The translations under genes and the position numbers were made by a program. This document shows, piece by piece, positions 1-10,210 of a stretch of 48,464 bases of DNA (the first letter of the stretch is position 1; the number at the start of each line of letters is the position of its first letter). The notes under the pieces are model-generated. The model worked only from the letters and a program-made list of their open reading frames with translations. It did no database searches and was not told the origin of the DNA. The stretch spans positions 1 to 48,464 of the forward strand of contig JAWBKB010000013.1 of assembly GCA_038831915.1 (NCBI GenBank). Reading direction: 5' to 3'. This stretch comes from Candidatus Caldarchaeum sp. (GTDB lineage Archaea; Thermoproteota; Nitrososphaeria_A; Caldarchaeales; Caldarchaeaceae).

Positions 1-132
1 CTTCCCAACATACAGGCCTAAGGTATCAGAGAAGTGGATAAGGTCATGGATGACCTTAAGTTGACAGTCCCTGATGCACCACATGCTATGTTTAAATGAT
101 GCTGGGGTTCACGTGATGTGATTCACGGGAAG

Positions 133-987
133 ATGGGGTCTAAAGTCGTTGTCGAAATAGCGTTTGACACTCCGAGGCTGGAGGAGAAGCTTTTGGCCAA
201 AGCATTCGCCGCCAAAGGCGTAGAGCTGAGGCTGACCAACGTTCGTCAACATGTATTTGGTCTTCAGAAACCAGCCATCGATGTTTCGGTTGTGAGATGT
301 GTGTCGCTGTACAGCGCCATACACGTTGCCGCATTGAGGGAGGCGACTTCGACGAAAGCGATCAACTCTTCTCAGGCCATCGTATATGCAGGTGACAAGA
401 TTTTGACGGTCTCACGTCTAAAGGCTGCGAAACTTCCTGTTCCAAGGACCGCCGTTGCCTTAAACGGCGCCGCAGCCGAGAAAGCCTTGCAGAAGGTCGG
501 TCTTCCAGCTGTGGACAAGCCTCCCATCGGAAGCTGGGGAAGACTGGTCGCGCTGATTAAAGATGTAGACGATTTCAAGCTCGTGGCTGAACACCGTGAA
601 ATGCTGCCCAGCAGCTACATGAAAAGCCATCTAATCCAGGAATATATCGAACTTCCAAACAGAGACATTCGAACGTTCGTAGTCGGCGACGAGGTAGTCG
701 CAGCGATGTACCGTTACCGTGGTGCTGGAGATTGGCGGACGAACGTTGCATTGGGCGGCGAACCGGTTCAAGCTTTTCTCAACGACGAGCTCGTTGAAAT
801 GAGTTTGAAAGCGGCGAAATCCATGGGTGGAGAAATTGTGAGTATAGACCTTTTCGAAACAACTGACGGTAGTTACTTGGTTAATGAAGTCAACGGTGTG
901 CCAGAGTTCAAGGGACTGATGAAGGCGACGGGAATTGACATTCCCGCGAAAATCGCGGAATATGTCGTCGGGGTTATGAAGAGATAA
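133..987 (+). CDS. lysX: LysX/ArgX (RimK-family ATP-grasp) LysW ligase
   Basis: Motifs KPPIGSWGRL, RDIR, WRTN and EVNGVPEF. ATG at 133 preferred over GTG at 118. LysX versus ArgX specificity cannot be resolved by eye. Confidence 0.85.
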   Translation: MGSKVVVEIAFDTPRLEEKLLAKAFAAKGVELRLTNVRQHVFGLQKPAIDVSVVRCVSLYSAIHVAALREATSTKAINSSQAIVYAGDKILTVSRLKAAKLPVPRTAVALNGAAAEKALQKVGLPAVDKPPIGSWGRLVALIKDVDDFKLVAEHREMLPSSYMKSHLIQEYIELPNRDIRTFVVGDEVVAAMYRYRGAGDWRTNVALGGEPVQAFLNDELVEMSLKAAKSMGGEIVSIDLFETTDGSYLVNEVNGVPEFKGLMKATGIDIPAKIAEYVVGVMKR

Positions 988-1462
988 TTTTACTCAAACA
1001 CCTGTGGCACGGCTTTTCACCTTTCGAATCTACCTCGTATACCGAATTGCTAAAATTCATCACGCAGCCTTGAGTGCTGCAATGCCGTAGCCCCAGTAAA
1101 TGGCCGACCTCGTGAACCGCTTCTTTCACAGCTCTTTCACGAGTTAAAGATTCGTCGCGGCTTCTCAGCCTGTAAATCGACACGATGGCTCCACGTCCGG
1201 GTGCGTATCCGAAAACAAAATTAAGGCCTGGCACGTACAAATCTTTGTCAGTGATTATCAGCTCATAGCCTTCCTTCGGCTTGACATAGTTCATCAAAAT
1301 TGATACGTCGTATTGCCGACGTGCAGGATTGTATGCCTTCTCCATTTCAGTCAAAAATGTTTCTTGAACGGTTGTCTGTAACCGGTAGATTTCCTGTATT
1401 TTTTCCGCTACCGCGGCAGCAATTGATTTGTCCGAGGTTGTGTTTAAAACCTTTAAACGCAC
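974..1462 (-). CDS. amzA: Archaemetzincin (peptidase M54) zinc protease
   Basis: HEVGHLLGLRHC zinc motif, CVMNFSNS Met-turn, DLYVPGLNFVFG and C-terminal CxxC. Confidence 0.9.
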   Translation of the reverse strand: MRLKVLNTTSDKSIAAAVAEKIQEIYRLQTTVQETFLTEMEKAYNPARRQYDVSILMNYVKPKEGYELIITDKDLYVPGLNFVFGYAPGRGAIVSIYRLRSRDESLTRERAVKEAVHEVGHLLGLRHCSTQGCVMNFSNSVYEVDSKGEKPCHRCLSKIISS

Positions 1463-1484
1463 CGCAACACCTTAGAGGGAATAC

Positions 1485-2057
1485 GTGATTATATGGATAA
1501 CTGGCACACCCGGAGTTGGGAAAACCACCATCGGCAAAAAGATTGCGAAGCTCTACCGCTACAGGTGCATCGACCTGCCTGAATTCGTGACACAAACAGG
1601 GGTTGGCGAAGTTAAGCCCGATGGTATAGTTGTTGACGTTAGAAAGCTTCGTGGAACACTTGCACGTATGGTTGAAGATGACACGGTCTTCAGCGGTCAC
1701 ATCGTGGTCAAGCTACCGGGCCGAAGACAGAAATGCATAGTTTTGAGGTGCAACCCGTTAAAGCTGGCCAATAGGTTGAGGCGTAGGGGATATAGTTCGG
1801 AGAAGGTGGTCGAAAATGTTGAGGCCGAGTTCGTCGGTGTAGTTTATTTGGACGCGGTTAAACAGTTTGGACATAGAAACGTGTTTCAAGTGGACGTCAC
1901 GAAAAAAACTGTTTCGGAAACTGTTCGGTACTGCAGAGAAATTTTGGACGGTAAAGTAGTTGGAGACAAGGTCGACTGGCTTACAGACTTGGACGAGAAA
2001 GAGCTTGACCAGGTGTTAAGCCTGCTTGCTCGACCTATTTCCCGCCAAATGTTATAG
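1485..2057 (+). CDS. Adenylate kinase AK6/Fap7-like NMP kinase
   Basis: N-terminal ITGTPGVGKTT P-loop, SGH, LRCNP and RGYSSEKVVENVEAE lid. Confidence 0.88.
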   Translation: MIIWITGTPGVGKTTIGKKIAKLYRYRCIDLPEFVTQTGVGEVKPDGIVVDVRKLRGTLARMVEDDTVFSGHIVVKLPGRRQKCIVLRCNPLKLANRLRRRGYSSEKVVENVEAEFVGVVYLDAVKQFGHRNVFQVDVTKKTVSETVRYCREILDGKVVGDKVDWLTDLDEKELDQVLSLLARPISRQML

Positions 2058-2119
2058 ATTTTTATGGTACGGTTCGTCGTTTGTGGTTGGTACGTGTTGC
2101 TGATTTTCTGACCAATTAG

Positions 2120-3919
2120 GTGTCTGAAATGGTGTCTGACCACCGTGTAGCAGTTCTTGATCGAGACCTCTGTGATTCAAGGAAATGCGGTAACTGGCCT
2201 TGTATAACCTACTGCCCGCCAGTGAGGAACAACATAGAAGCCATTAAAATGGGTGAAGATGGCTTCCCCATTATCAGCGAAACTCTCTGCATCAGCTGTG
2301 GAATATGTGTGAAAAAATGCCCGTTTGAGGCCATCACGATCATAAATCTACCCACGGAGTTAAAAGAACATGTTGCACATCATTATGGCGTCAACAAGTT
2401 TAAGCTCTTCAGACTACCGTATCCTGAGGCAGGCAAAGTAGTTGGACTGATTGGAAAAAACGGTATTGGGAAATCAACCGCGCTGAAAATAATCGCAGGC
2501 CAGCTCATCCCTAATTTCGGCAATCTCGAAAGACCCGTGACATGGGAAGAAGCTTCAAGGTTTTTCAGAGGATCGCTTGTTCAAGAACATTTGCGTAGCA
2601 TCGCTAAAGGGGAGGCGAAAATCTCCTACAAGCCTCAGAACATTGCGGACATTCCTAAAGTCGTGCGCGGCAAAGTCAAGGAAATTCTTCTACGCATCGG
2701 TGATGAAAAAATCGTTGAACATGTAATGGAGAAGCTTGAATTAACGAAGTTGGCTGACCGTGATGTCGGTGTTTTGAGTGGCGGCGAGCTGCAGCGCCTT
2801 GCTGTGGCAGCATGTATCCTACGGAAAGCAAACGTCTACGTTCTAGACGAGCCATCAAGCTATCTCGACATCCGCCAAAGGATGAGGATGGTCGAAGCGG
2901 TTAGGGAAGTCGCGAACAAATCGGTTAAAATCGTGGTCGCCGATCACGACCTGGCGGTTCTCGACTATTTTTCCGACGTGATTTTCCTGTTCTACGGCGA
3001 ACCATCGGTGTACGGGGTGGTCGCAGGACCATATGGAGTACGTGAAGGAATCAACATCTTCGTCGAAGGATACATCCCTGACGAAAACATGAGGTTTAGG
3101 CCTGAGAAAATCGATTTTCAGGTAAAGCCTCCGACGCGTGAAGTCGAGCCGTCTGCGGAACGGCTACGCTGGCCTTCGTTTACCAAAACCTTCGAAGGGT
3201 TTAGGCTAGAGGTTTCAGAAGGCTGGGTGGCTCGAGGCGAAGTGCTGGGAATTCTAGGCCCCAACGGCATAGGAAAAACAACGTTCGCATCAATAATCGC
3301 CGGACAAATGTCGACCGACCAAGGCTATTCCTTCGACCCCAAAGCCGTTAGCTACAAGCCCCAGTATCCGATCGCCGAAGACATAGCTGTTGAACAGTTT
3401 TTGAGAAACGCGGCTGGGGACGACTTTGACACGGCTCTATATCAATCAACAATCCTGCGTCCCTTCGGCTTGGAAAAACTTTTAGATAAAAACATGACGG
3501 AGCTCAGTGGCGGAGAGCTGCAAAAAGTAGTTGTAGCCGGATGTTTGAGTAAAAAAGCCGACATCTACATTTTGGACGAGCCGAGCGCGTTTCTCGACGT
3601 CGAAGAAAGATACCACATGGCTAAGATTTTGAAAAGGCTTGCCCTGGACGCGAAAGTATACGTTCTATTGGTTGAACATGACTTCACCGTTCTTGACTTT
3701 GCTTCTTCGGCGTTGATGGTTTTTGACGGTGAGCCCGGTGTCCGTGGATATGCTAATCCCCCCATAGACCTCCGGAAGGGTTTCAACATCTTTCTAGCAC
3801 AGATGGGTGTTACGTTTCGACGTGACCATGCGACCAAACGGCCCCGGATAAACAAAAAAGATTCCCAGCTTGACCGGATGCAGAAACAGCTGGGCGAATA
3901 TTATTATATTTCAACATAA
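2120..3919 (+). CDS. rli1: ABCE1/Rli1 ribosome recycling ATPase
   Basis: N-terminal Fe-S cysteines (CISCGICVKKCPF), two ABC domains (GKNGIGKST, GPNGIGKTT, LSGGELQ twice) and TFRRD...RPRINK C-terminus. Confidence 0.97.
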   Translation: MSEMVSDHRVAVLDRDLCDSRKCGNWPCITYCPPVRNNIEAIKMGEDGFPIISETLCISCGICVKKCPFEAITIINLPTELKEHVAHHYGVNKFKLFRLPYPEAGKVVGLIGKNGIGKSTALKIIAGQLIPNFGNLERPVTWEEASRFFRGSLVQEHLRSIAKGEAKISYKPQNIADIPKVVRGKVKEILLRIGDEKIVEHVMEKLELTKLADRDVGVLSGGELQRLAVAACILRKANVYVLDEPSSYLDIRQRMRMVEAVREVANKSVKIVVADHDLAVLDYFSDVIFLFYGEPSVYGVVAGPYGVREGINIFVEGYIPDENMRFRPEKIDFQVKPPTREVEPSAERLRWPSFTKTFEGFRLEVSEGWVARGEVLGILGPNGIGKTTFASIIAGQMSTDQGYSFDPKAVSYKPQYPIAEDIAVEQFLRNAAGDDFDTALYQSTILRPFGLEKLLDKNMTELSGGELQKVVVAGCLSKKADIYILDEPSAFLDVEERYHMAKILKRLALDAKVYVLLVEHDFTVLDFASSALMVFDGEPGVRGYANPPIDLRKGFNIFLAQMGVTFRRDHATKRPRINKKDSQLDRMQKQLGEYYYIST

Positions 3920-3950
3920 ATTTTGGAAGATGTGAAAGATTCGCTACCTC

Positions 3951-3966
3951 GGGCAAAGTTTTATAC
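3951..3966 (+). promoter_or_regulatory. Probable BRE/TATA promoter of cdc48
   Basis: gggcaaag-TTTTATAc about 28 nt upstream of ATG 3993, the spacing expected for a leaderless or short-leader archaeal mRNA. Confidence 0.55.
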
Positions 3967-3992
3967 CTACCGTAGCGAACGCTGAATAGGTC

Positions 3993-6176
3993 ATGTCTTC
4001 ATCAACTCAACCGGGTAAAAAGAAAGAGCTTAGCCTGCGTGTGGCGGAAGCCCGTCAGAGGGACATCGGACGTAAGATAGCGAGAGTTGATAGCATGGGG
4101 ATGAAAGAGCTTGAACTCAGTCCGGGCGACCTCATCGAAATTTCGGGTAGAAGGACTACGGTCGCGATTGTCTGGCCTCCCTACAAAGAGGACGACGGTC
4201 AGGGAATTATTCGAATTGACGGGGAAATTCGCCGCAACTCCGGCGTCAGCGTCGGAGAATATGTTAGGGTCAGCAAAACAACCGCAAAACCTGCGACGAA
4301 GATTGTTCTCGCTCCCTTCGAACCGCTTCCTTTCGTCGGTGACTTTGGGAGAATAGTTAGAAGCCAGCTGCTCAACATGCCAGTGGCGAAAGGAGACATC
4401 ATCGTCGTCCCGGTTCTCGGCATGGGTGTTGAGCTTAAAGTCAGTTCGACAAGCCCATCTCCAATAGTCATGGTTACTGAAAGCACGGTTGTCGAAATAA
4501 GCACGACCACCGCGAAAAGAATTGAAGAGGTTTCAGGAGTAACGTATGAAGATATTGGCGGTCTTCATGAAGAACTCCAGCGCATTCGTGAAATGATAGA
4601 GCTACCGCTCAAACATCCCGAGCTGTTCAGACATCTTGGAATAGAGCCTCCGAAAGGCGTGATTCTTTACGGTCCGCCCGGCACCGGTAAAACGCTTATC
4701 GCCAAAGCCATAGCGAATGAAACCGGGGCGCATTTTGTCTCGATAAACGGTCCAGAAATCATGAGTAAATTCTACGGTGAATCTGAAGCAAGGCTGAGAG
4801 AAGTTTTTCAGGAAGCCGAGCAAAACGCGCCATCGATTGTTTTCATCGATGAGCTTGACGCCATCGCTCCTAAACGAGGAGAAGTAACGGGCGAAGTAGA
4901 GCGAAGGGTCGTTTCACAGCTGTTAACGTTGATGGATGGATTGAAAAGCCGCGGACAAGTCATCGTCATCGGAGCCACAAACAGAATTGAGGCAATAGAC
5001 CCTGCTTTGAGACGGCCTGGCAGGTTTGACCGCGAAATTCGAATAGGCGTCCCAGACCGCAACGGCAGGAAAGAAATCCTTCTGATACACACGCGTCGCA
5101 TGCCTTTAGCCGAAGATGTCAACATCGATGAATTAGCCGATATAACTCATGGTTTTGTCGGAGCCGACATTGCAGCCTTGACACGTGAGGCGGCTATGAA
5201 CGCGCTCCGCCGCTTCCTGCCGCAAATCGATTTGGAGAAAGAAGTCATTCCTGCGGAAGTCTTGGAGAAGATTAAGGTTACCCGAGAGGATTTCGCCAAC
5301 GCGTTGCGGACTATTCAGCCATCAGCTCTACGTGAAGTGGTTCTCGAAGTGCCGAATGTTAAGTGGGAGGACATCGGCGGGCTCGAAGCCGTGAAACAGG
5401 AGCTTCGGGAAGCGGTCGAATGGCCTCTCAAATATCCAGAAGTGTTTAAACGTCTGGGTATCAGGCCTCCACGCGGCATTTTGCTCTACGGGCCTCCTGG
5501 AACCGGTAAAACGCTGCTCGCGAAAGCTGTTGCGACCGAAAGCCAGGCCAACTTCATCAGCGTCAAAGGCCCCGAAGTTCTGTCGAAATGGGTGGGTGAG
5601 TCGGAGAAAGCCGTTCGGGAAATTTTCCGCAAAGCACGTGAAACAGCTCCCTGCATCATCTTCTTCGACGAACTTGACTCCATCGCACCACGGAGGGGAA
5701 TTCACACAGATGCCGGCGTGACAGACCGCATAGTCAACCAGCTACTCACTGAGATGGACGGTATGCAGTCTTTGAAAGGCGTTGTCGTCATGGGGGCGAC
5801 AAACCGGCCAGACATCCTCGACCCAGCGCTTCTGAGACCAGGTAGGTTTGACAGAGTGCTTTACGTGCCGCCGCCTGATAAAGCCGCACGCCTCGCCATA
5901 TTTAAGATTCACACACGTGAAATGCCGCTTGACAAAGACGTCGACCTAGAGCAACTTGCCGCCATAACGGAGGGATACACGGGCGCAGACATCGAAGCAG
6001 TTGTAAGAGAGGCTGCAATACTTGCTGCGAGGGAAAACATCAGCGCCCAAGTGGTTTCGCTCCGGCATTTCGAAAAAGCCTTGGCTAAGATAAAGCCCAG
6101 CGTGGGAGCTGAGGAGAAAGCCGAATACGACCGAATCGTCAGCAACTTCAAGAAATCCATGGCATACATCGGCTGA
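3993..6176 (+). CDS. cdc48: CDC48/VAT (p97) AAA+ ATPase
   Basis: N-domain, two AAA modules with GPPGTGKT and FIDELD/FFDELD, RPGRFDR twice, and C-terminal HbYX-like YIG. Confidence 0.97.
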   Translation: MSSSTQPGKKKELSLRVAEARQRDIGRKIARVDSMGMKELELSPGDLIEISGRRTTVAIVWPPYKEDDGQGIIRIDGEIRRNSGVSVGEYVRVSKTTAKPATKIVLAPFEPLPFVGDFGRIVRSQLLNMPVAKGDIIVVPVLGMGVELKVSSTSPSPIVMVTESTVVEISTTTAKRIEEVSGVTYEDIGGLHEELQRIREMIELPLKHPELFRHLGIEPPKGVILYGPPGTGKTLIAKAIANETGAHFVSINGPEIMSKFYGESEARLREVFQEAEQNAPSIVFIDELDAIAPKRGEVTGEVERRVVSQLLTLMDGLKSRGQVIVIGATNRIEAIDPALRRPGRFDREIRIGVPDRNGRKEILLIHTRRMPLAEDVNIDELADITHGFVGADIAALTREAAMNALRRFLPQIDLEKEVIPAEVLEKIKVTREDFANALRTIQPSALREVVLEVPNVKWEDIGGLEAVKQELREAVEWPLKYPEVFKRLGIRPPRGILLYGPPGTGKTLLAKAVATESQANFISVKGPEVLSKWVGESEKAVREIFRKARETAPCIIFFDELDSIAPRRGIHTDAGVTDRIVNQLLTEMDGMQSLKGVVVMGATNRPDILDPALLRPGRFDRVLYVPPPDKAARLAIFKIHTREMPLDKDVDLEQLAAITEGYTGADIEAVVREAAILAARENISAQVVSLRHFEKALAKIKPSVGAEEKAEYDRIVSNFKKSMAYIG

Positions 6177-6284
6177 CAGCATCCCCACATATATTCAAGG
6201 TATTTCTCACGTAATCTTCTACGTCTCCTGTGATGTCAAGCGATAAATACATCGAGGCGAGGCCGTGGAATCGAGGTAAGAAAA

Positions 6285-6905
6285 ATGCGAGTTCCGTGGA
6301 AAAGAGAACCGGTTCAAGCGCCTGCGGTAGTAGCTCCCGTCAACTACCAAGACCGGATGCTGGAAATATTGACACAGCTGAAGATACAGAACGAAAAGCT
6401 GAATAGAACCATCGAACGTCTAAAGCACCGCGGCAAAGAACTTTTCGAGCAATGCGTTCGCGCTGAGCAGGAAAAAGATACTGCTAGAGCAACGATTTAC
6501 GCCAACGAAATTGCTCAGCTGAGAAAAATGACGAGAACGCTTCTGGCCAGCCACATGTCACTCGATAAAGTCGTGTTGCGTCTCGAGACAGTTAAAGAAT
6601 TCGGCGATGTAATGCATGTGCTCGGCCCTGCTACTCAGATCATCAAGCAGGTTCAGCACGAAATTTCCGGCATCGTTCCCGAAGTAGCTCACAGCCTACG
6701 AAGAGTTGACGAAATGCTGGAAAGCATCATCATCGAAGCGGGCAACGTCACGGGTGGAAGCGTCTACGTCTCGGTAAGCGACCCCGAAGCCCAGAAAATC
6801 ATGGAGGAAGCCGCTGAAGTCGCCGCTCAACGGATGAAAACAAACTTCCCCGAACTACCAGAGACATACCAACATCTCGAACCCGCCGCGAACAAAGCCG
6901 ACTAA
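6285..6905 (+). CDS. cdvB: ESCRT-III/Snf7-family protein (CdvB paralogue)
   Basis: Helical-hairpin core with RATIYANEIAQLRKM and RLET, EAQKIMEEA, and Pro-containing tail FPELPE. Confidence 0.85.
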   Translation: MRVPWKREPVQAPAVVAPVNYQDRMLEILTQLKIQNEKLNRTIERLKHRGKELFEQCVRAEQEKDTARATIYANEIAQLRKMTRTLLASHMSLDKVVLRLETVKEFGDVMHVLGPATQIIKQVQHEISGIVPEVAHSLRRVDEMLESIIIEAGNVTGGSVYVSVSDPEAQKIMEEAAEVAAQRMKTNFPELPETYQHLEPAANKAD

Positions 6906-7804
6906 ACAATTTTTTCCACCATAATTTTTTTGAACGAATCAGGCGGAGCAGATCCTCTGAAAGTTTCTGGATGAATTATTTCGCCGAGTATTAATGCTGC
7001 ATCGCCGATGCGCGGCCCGTGACGGCTGAAATATGGTTCAGCATCAACCGCGTAAATTTCGTCACGAACATATGCTTCAAGGGTTTTCAGCATCGGTTGT
7101 TTCACAAATTGGGAAAGCTCTTTCATGACTTTGTCCAACACGTATCCGCAAGGCCCAGCGATTATTTTTGACGGCTGGAAGAGCGCGAGCTCATCAAAGG
7201 TTATTCTGCGCGAATGGCTGCCTTTGACACCGATGTCGACGCCGCCAGCTATTTCGACAAGCTCGGGAACCCAGTGCCCGCTACAAAACAGCGGAAACAA
7301 CCATTCAAGAAACGCGGATTTGATTTTGTATAACCCCTCGGCTCGCGTCCTAACGAAGTCAATTCTCTCCTTGATTTTTCCCAACAGTTCACGTGCTTCG
7401 TTCAGTCTTCCAACGAATTTTCCAATCACCAAAATGTCTTCGAGAATTTCATCGACGCTTTTGGGATGAACCCCGATGACAGGAGCTATTCCATGCAAAC
7501 TAATAGACACTCGGCTTGACGTTATCGCGCAGACATCGCAAACATCCTGCGCAAAGACAACGTCAGGCCTCAAAGATTTAATCCGTTCAACATCGAGACT
7601 GTAAAGACTTTCGCCCCGTCGGCTGGCTTCCGATACGCGTCTGTCTATTTCGTCGGAAGGAAGATCTTCAGTGTTGATGACGGGCTTTACAACGACTGGT
7701 TTGGACTTCAATGAGCAGGCGTAATTCACCGCGATTATCTCATCAACGGCTCCAAGCTCGACGAGAATGTCGGTCACGCTTGGAACCAGTGAAACAACAC
7801 GCAC
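6902..7804 (-). CDS. BtuF-like cobalamin/metal substrate-binding-fold protein, no signal peptide
   Basis: MRVVSLVPSVTDIL, QDVCDVC, LEWLFPLFCSGHWVPELVEIAGG and FSRHGPR. Confidence 0.8.
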   Translation of the reverse strand: MRVVSLVPSVTDILVELGAVDEIIAVNYACSLKSKPVVVKPVINTEDLPSDEIDRRVSEASRRGESLYSLDVERIKSLRPDVVFAQDVCDVCAITSSRVSISLHGIAPVIGVHPKSVDEILEDILVIGKFVGRLNEARELLGKIKERIDFVRTRAEGLYKIKSAFLEWLFPLFCSGHWVPELVEIAGGVDIGVKGSHSRRITFDELALFQPSKIIAGPCGYVLDKVMKELSQFVKQPMLKTLEAYVRDEIYAVDAEPYFSRHGPRIGDAALILGEIIHPETFRGSAPPDSFKKIMVEKIV

Positions 7805-7873
7805 GCTTTAGCGGCAAGCTTTGACGGTTTTATCTTTTTTGGAAAAGTGAAATAATGGCGTTGCTGGCATGGA

Positions 7874-8653
7874 GTGATGGATTTTTCTGAAGCTGTTCTG
7901 CTCGGTGTTTTGCAGGGGATGGCTGAATGGCTACCTGTTAGCAGCGAAGGACTCGTATCTCTTGTTTCGAAGCTTTACTATGGCAGAAGCCTTGAAAGCG
8001 CTCTGGCTGCGGCGATATGGCTCCATGTCGGAACTTTTTTCTCCGCCTTGATTTACCTCCGCTCCGACATAGCTAAAATAATGACTGGGTTTCGGAAGCA
8101 AGGGGAGGAAAGAAGATTGTTGATTTTTCTGGTGGCGGCAACCGCTAGCTCGGCGTTGACAGCACTTCCCATCGTGTTTTTTCTCCGCGAACTGAGTATT
8201 GCAGACTGGCTTTTCACCGTTGCCGTCGGATTGCTTTTGCTATTAACGGGGTTGTTGCCGCGGAAAGCGCTGCGTACAAACTGGGTAGAAAGTGCCTCAC
8301 ATGGGTGGGTTATCGGGCTGGTTCAAGGGTTGTCAATCATCCCCGGGGTAAGCCGTTCAGGCGTAACCATCACTACTCTGCTTCTGCTCGGCGCCCCCAC
8401 TTACCATGCGTTTAGGCTGAGCTATCTGATGAGCATACCAGTGGTCGCTGGTGCACAAATACTGTTACCGCTTTTTTTCGGTGTGCAGGTCTTCACGTCT
8501 GAAATGCTGGTAGGAGCTGTTGCCGCCTTTGTCACTGGGTTTCTCATGATGAAAATGCTTTTGACGGCGAGCGCGAAACTCGACCACCGTGTTTTCATGA
8601 TACCACTCGGAGCGGCAATCTTTTTCATAGGAATTTTGATGGTTTTTCAGTAG
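7874..8653 (+). CDS. uppP: Undecaprenyl/polyprenyl-diphosphate phosphatase (BacA)
   Basis: QGMAEWLPVSSEG and PGVSRSGVT motifs; multiple hydrophobic segments. Confidence 0.9.
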   Translation: MMDFSEAVLLGVLQGMAEWLPVSSEGLVSLVSKLYYGRSLESALAAAIWLHVGTFFSALIYLRSDIAKIMTGFRKQGEERRLLIFLVAATASSALTALPIVFFLRELSIADWLFTVAVGLLLLLTGLLPRKALRTNWVESASHGWVIGLVQGLSIIPGVSRSGVTITTLLLLGAPTYHAFRLSYLMSIPVVAGAQILLPLFFGVQVFTSEMLVGAVAAFVTGFLMMKMLLTASAKLDHRVFMIPLGAAIFFIGILMVFQ

Positions 8654-9252
8654 CCCATTCTCGGCGGATAAAGACCACCGGTTTTCCGTCTTCGAGCATA
8701 TTCGTTAACCATGCGGTAGACCGCGCCGTGAGGAGCCCCTCTCACCAATGTGAGCAAAGCTTCTTCAGCCGCTCGAACATCCTCGAATTCTCCTATGATT
8801 GAAACGGTGTCACCGTAAACCGAAACGTCGACGTGACAAGTTTCTTCGATGATTTTCCTAGTTTTCCCCTGCGACCCAATCACACGAGCCTTAACTCTGG
8901 TCAGGTGGTTAATACTGTCGCCCACGTGTTCAGTTAAATCGATTACAGCTAAAACGTATCCGTCTCTCGTCAACTTCAATGCTTTTTCAGGTGGAAAACC
9001 TCTACCAATCGCTGTCACGATGTCTCTTGCCTTGAAGAGGGAGGTGGGGTCGCCTCCTTGCTCAACGGGTTTGGCGAGGTTGATTATGACCGTTCCTTCT
9101 TTACTGTCAACCATTAACTCCACGCCCAAAATTCGCTCTATTTCGGATTTTACTGAGCCGCCCTCTCCAATCAGAACTCCTATCCTCTCCTTTGGAATAT
9201 TCACAACGAACGACGACTGTGTAACGCCTTTAAACTGCGAAGGCCCGCTCAT
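8647..9252 (-). CDS. KH-domain pre-rRNA processing protein Dim2/Pno1
   Basis: IGVLIGEGG, AIGRGF, RVIGSQGKTR and GAPHGAVY; directly downstream of rio1. Confidence 0.9.
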   Translation of the reverse strand: MSGPSQFKGVTQSSFVVNIPKERIGVLIGEGGSVKSEIERILGVELMVDSKEGTVIINLAKPVEQGGDPTSLFKARDIVTAIGRGFPPEKALKLTRDGYVLAVIDLTEHVGDSINHLTRVKARVIGSQGKTRKIIEETCHVDVSVYGDTVSIIGEFEDVRAAEEALLTLVRGAPHGAVYRMVNEYARRRKTGGLYPPRMGY

Positions 9253-9254
9253 TT

Positions 9255-10058
9255 CTAGTCACCTTTTCCGACTATTTCTTTTAAAATGGAGTCAGGTTCG
9301 CATTTTAACCCATGTTCGTTGAAAAAGTTGCAAAGTGTTGATACGCCTTTTTCCAAAAGTTGATGTGCGAGAGGATGGCTTGTCTTGACTGCTTGAGCAA
9401 GGTCGATGAGATATGTTTTGAGGTCTTTTGCAACTATGATGTTGTATTCGCTGAGGTCTCCGTGAACCAGTTCAGCCCCTTGATAGAGTTTTCGCAGGTT
9501 TTCCACGACTTGGCCTAGAATGTTTTCAAGCTCGTCATATTCGAAGCTTTCTTCAACGAGTAGGGGATATCGTATTCCATTTTCGCCGAGGAACTGCATC
9601 ACGAGGATGTTTTCTTTATGGGCCAATGGCTTGGGAACCGCTACTCCAGCTTCAAAGGCTTCAACGAGGTTTGCATATTCCCTCCTTGACCAAAGATAGA
9701 TAAACTTTCGGAAATCGCCGGGTATCGATTTGAAACGCGGGTCGTCCACAACATATTGAAGCCTGTTCCGCCTAAATTCCGCAGAGCTAACCAAATAGAT
9801 TTTCACCGCCGCTTCCACTCCGTCGCCAGATATCCCGTGGTAGACCCGGGATTCTTTGCCGGCGCTGATGACGCCCATCACCTGTCGCAGTTTCCCCATG
9901 TTAAGCAGGTCATAGAGAGAAAGAAGTGTTTTTTGGTCGAAGACTTCTTCGAGGCTTTCGTCTAGTTCTGAGCGTTTAATTAAATATCGTTGCTGTCTTT
10001 CCTTTCGGTATTCCTTTTGTCGGAGCTTTTTTTCGAGGTCTTCGACGCCGCCTTTCAA
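9255..10058 (-). CDS. rio1: Rio1 atypical serine kinase
   Basis: ISAGKESRVY, AVKIY, LVHGDLSEYNI and IDLAQAV; TTG start. Confidence 0.92.
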   Translation of the reverse strand: MKGGVEDLEKKLRQKEYRKERQQRYLIKRSELDESLEEVFDQKTLLSLYDLLNMGKLRQVMGVISAGKESRVYHGISGDGVEAAVKIYLVSSAEFRRNRLQYVVDDPRFKSIPGDFRKFIYLWSRREYANLVEAFEAGVAVPKPLAHKENILVMQFLGENGIRYPLLVEESFEYDELENILGQVVENLRKLYQGAELVHGDLSEYNIIVAKDLKTYLIDLAQAVKTSHPLAHQLLEKGVSTLCNFFNEHGLKCEPDSILKEIVGKGD

Positions 10059-10080
10059 AACCTATCCCATTAATTGAAAA

Positions 10081-10205
10081 TCCCGCGGGCAGGATTTGAA
10101 CCTGCGACCACCCGGTTTCCATGTAGCCTGGAGCGCTGAATTCGTCGGTTCAGCCTTGGGCTGACCGCTACAGCCGGGCGCTCTACCAGGCTGAGCTACC
10201 GCGGG
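10081..10205 (-). tRNA. trnY: tRNA-Tyr(GTA) with 51-nt intron at 37/38 (intron 10117-10167)
   Basis: Reverse complement reads CCCGCGGTAGCTCAGCCTGGTAGAGCGCCCGGCTGTAG[intron]ACCGGGTGGTCGCAGGTTCAAATCCTGCCCGCGGGA. C1-G72 and A73 match archaeal Tyr identity; CCA is not encoded. Confidence 0.93.
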
Positions 10206-10210
10206 ATTTT

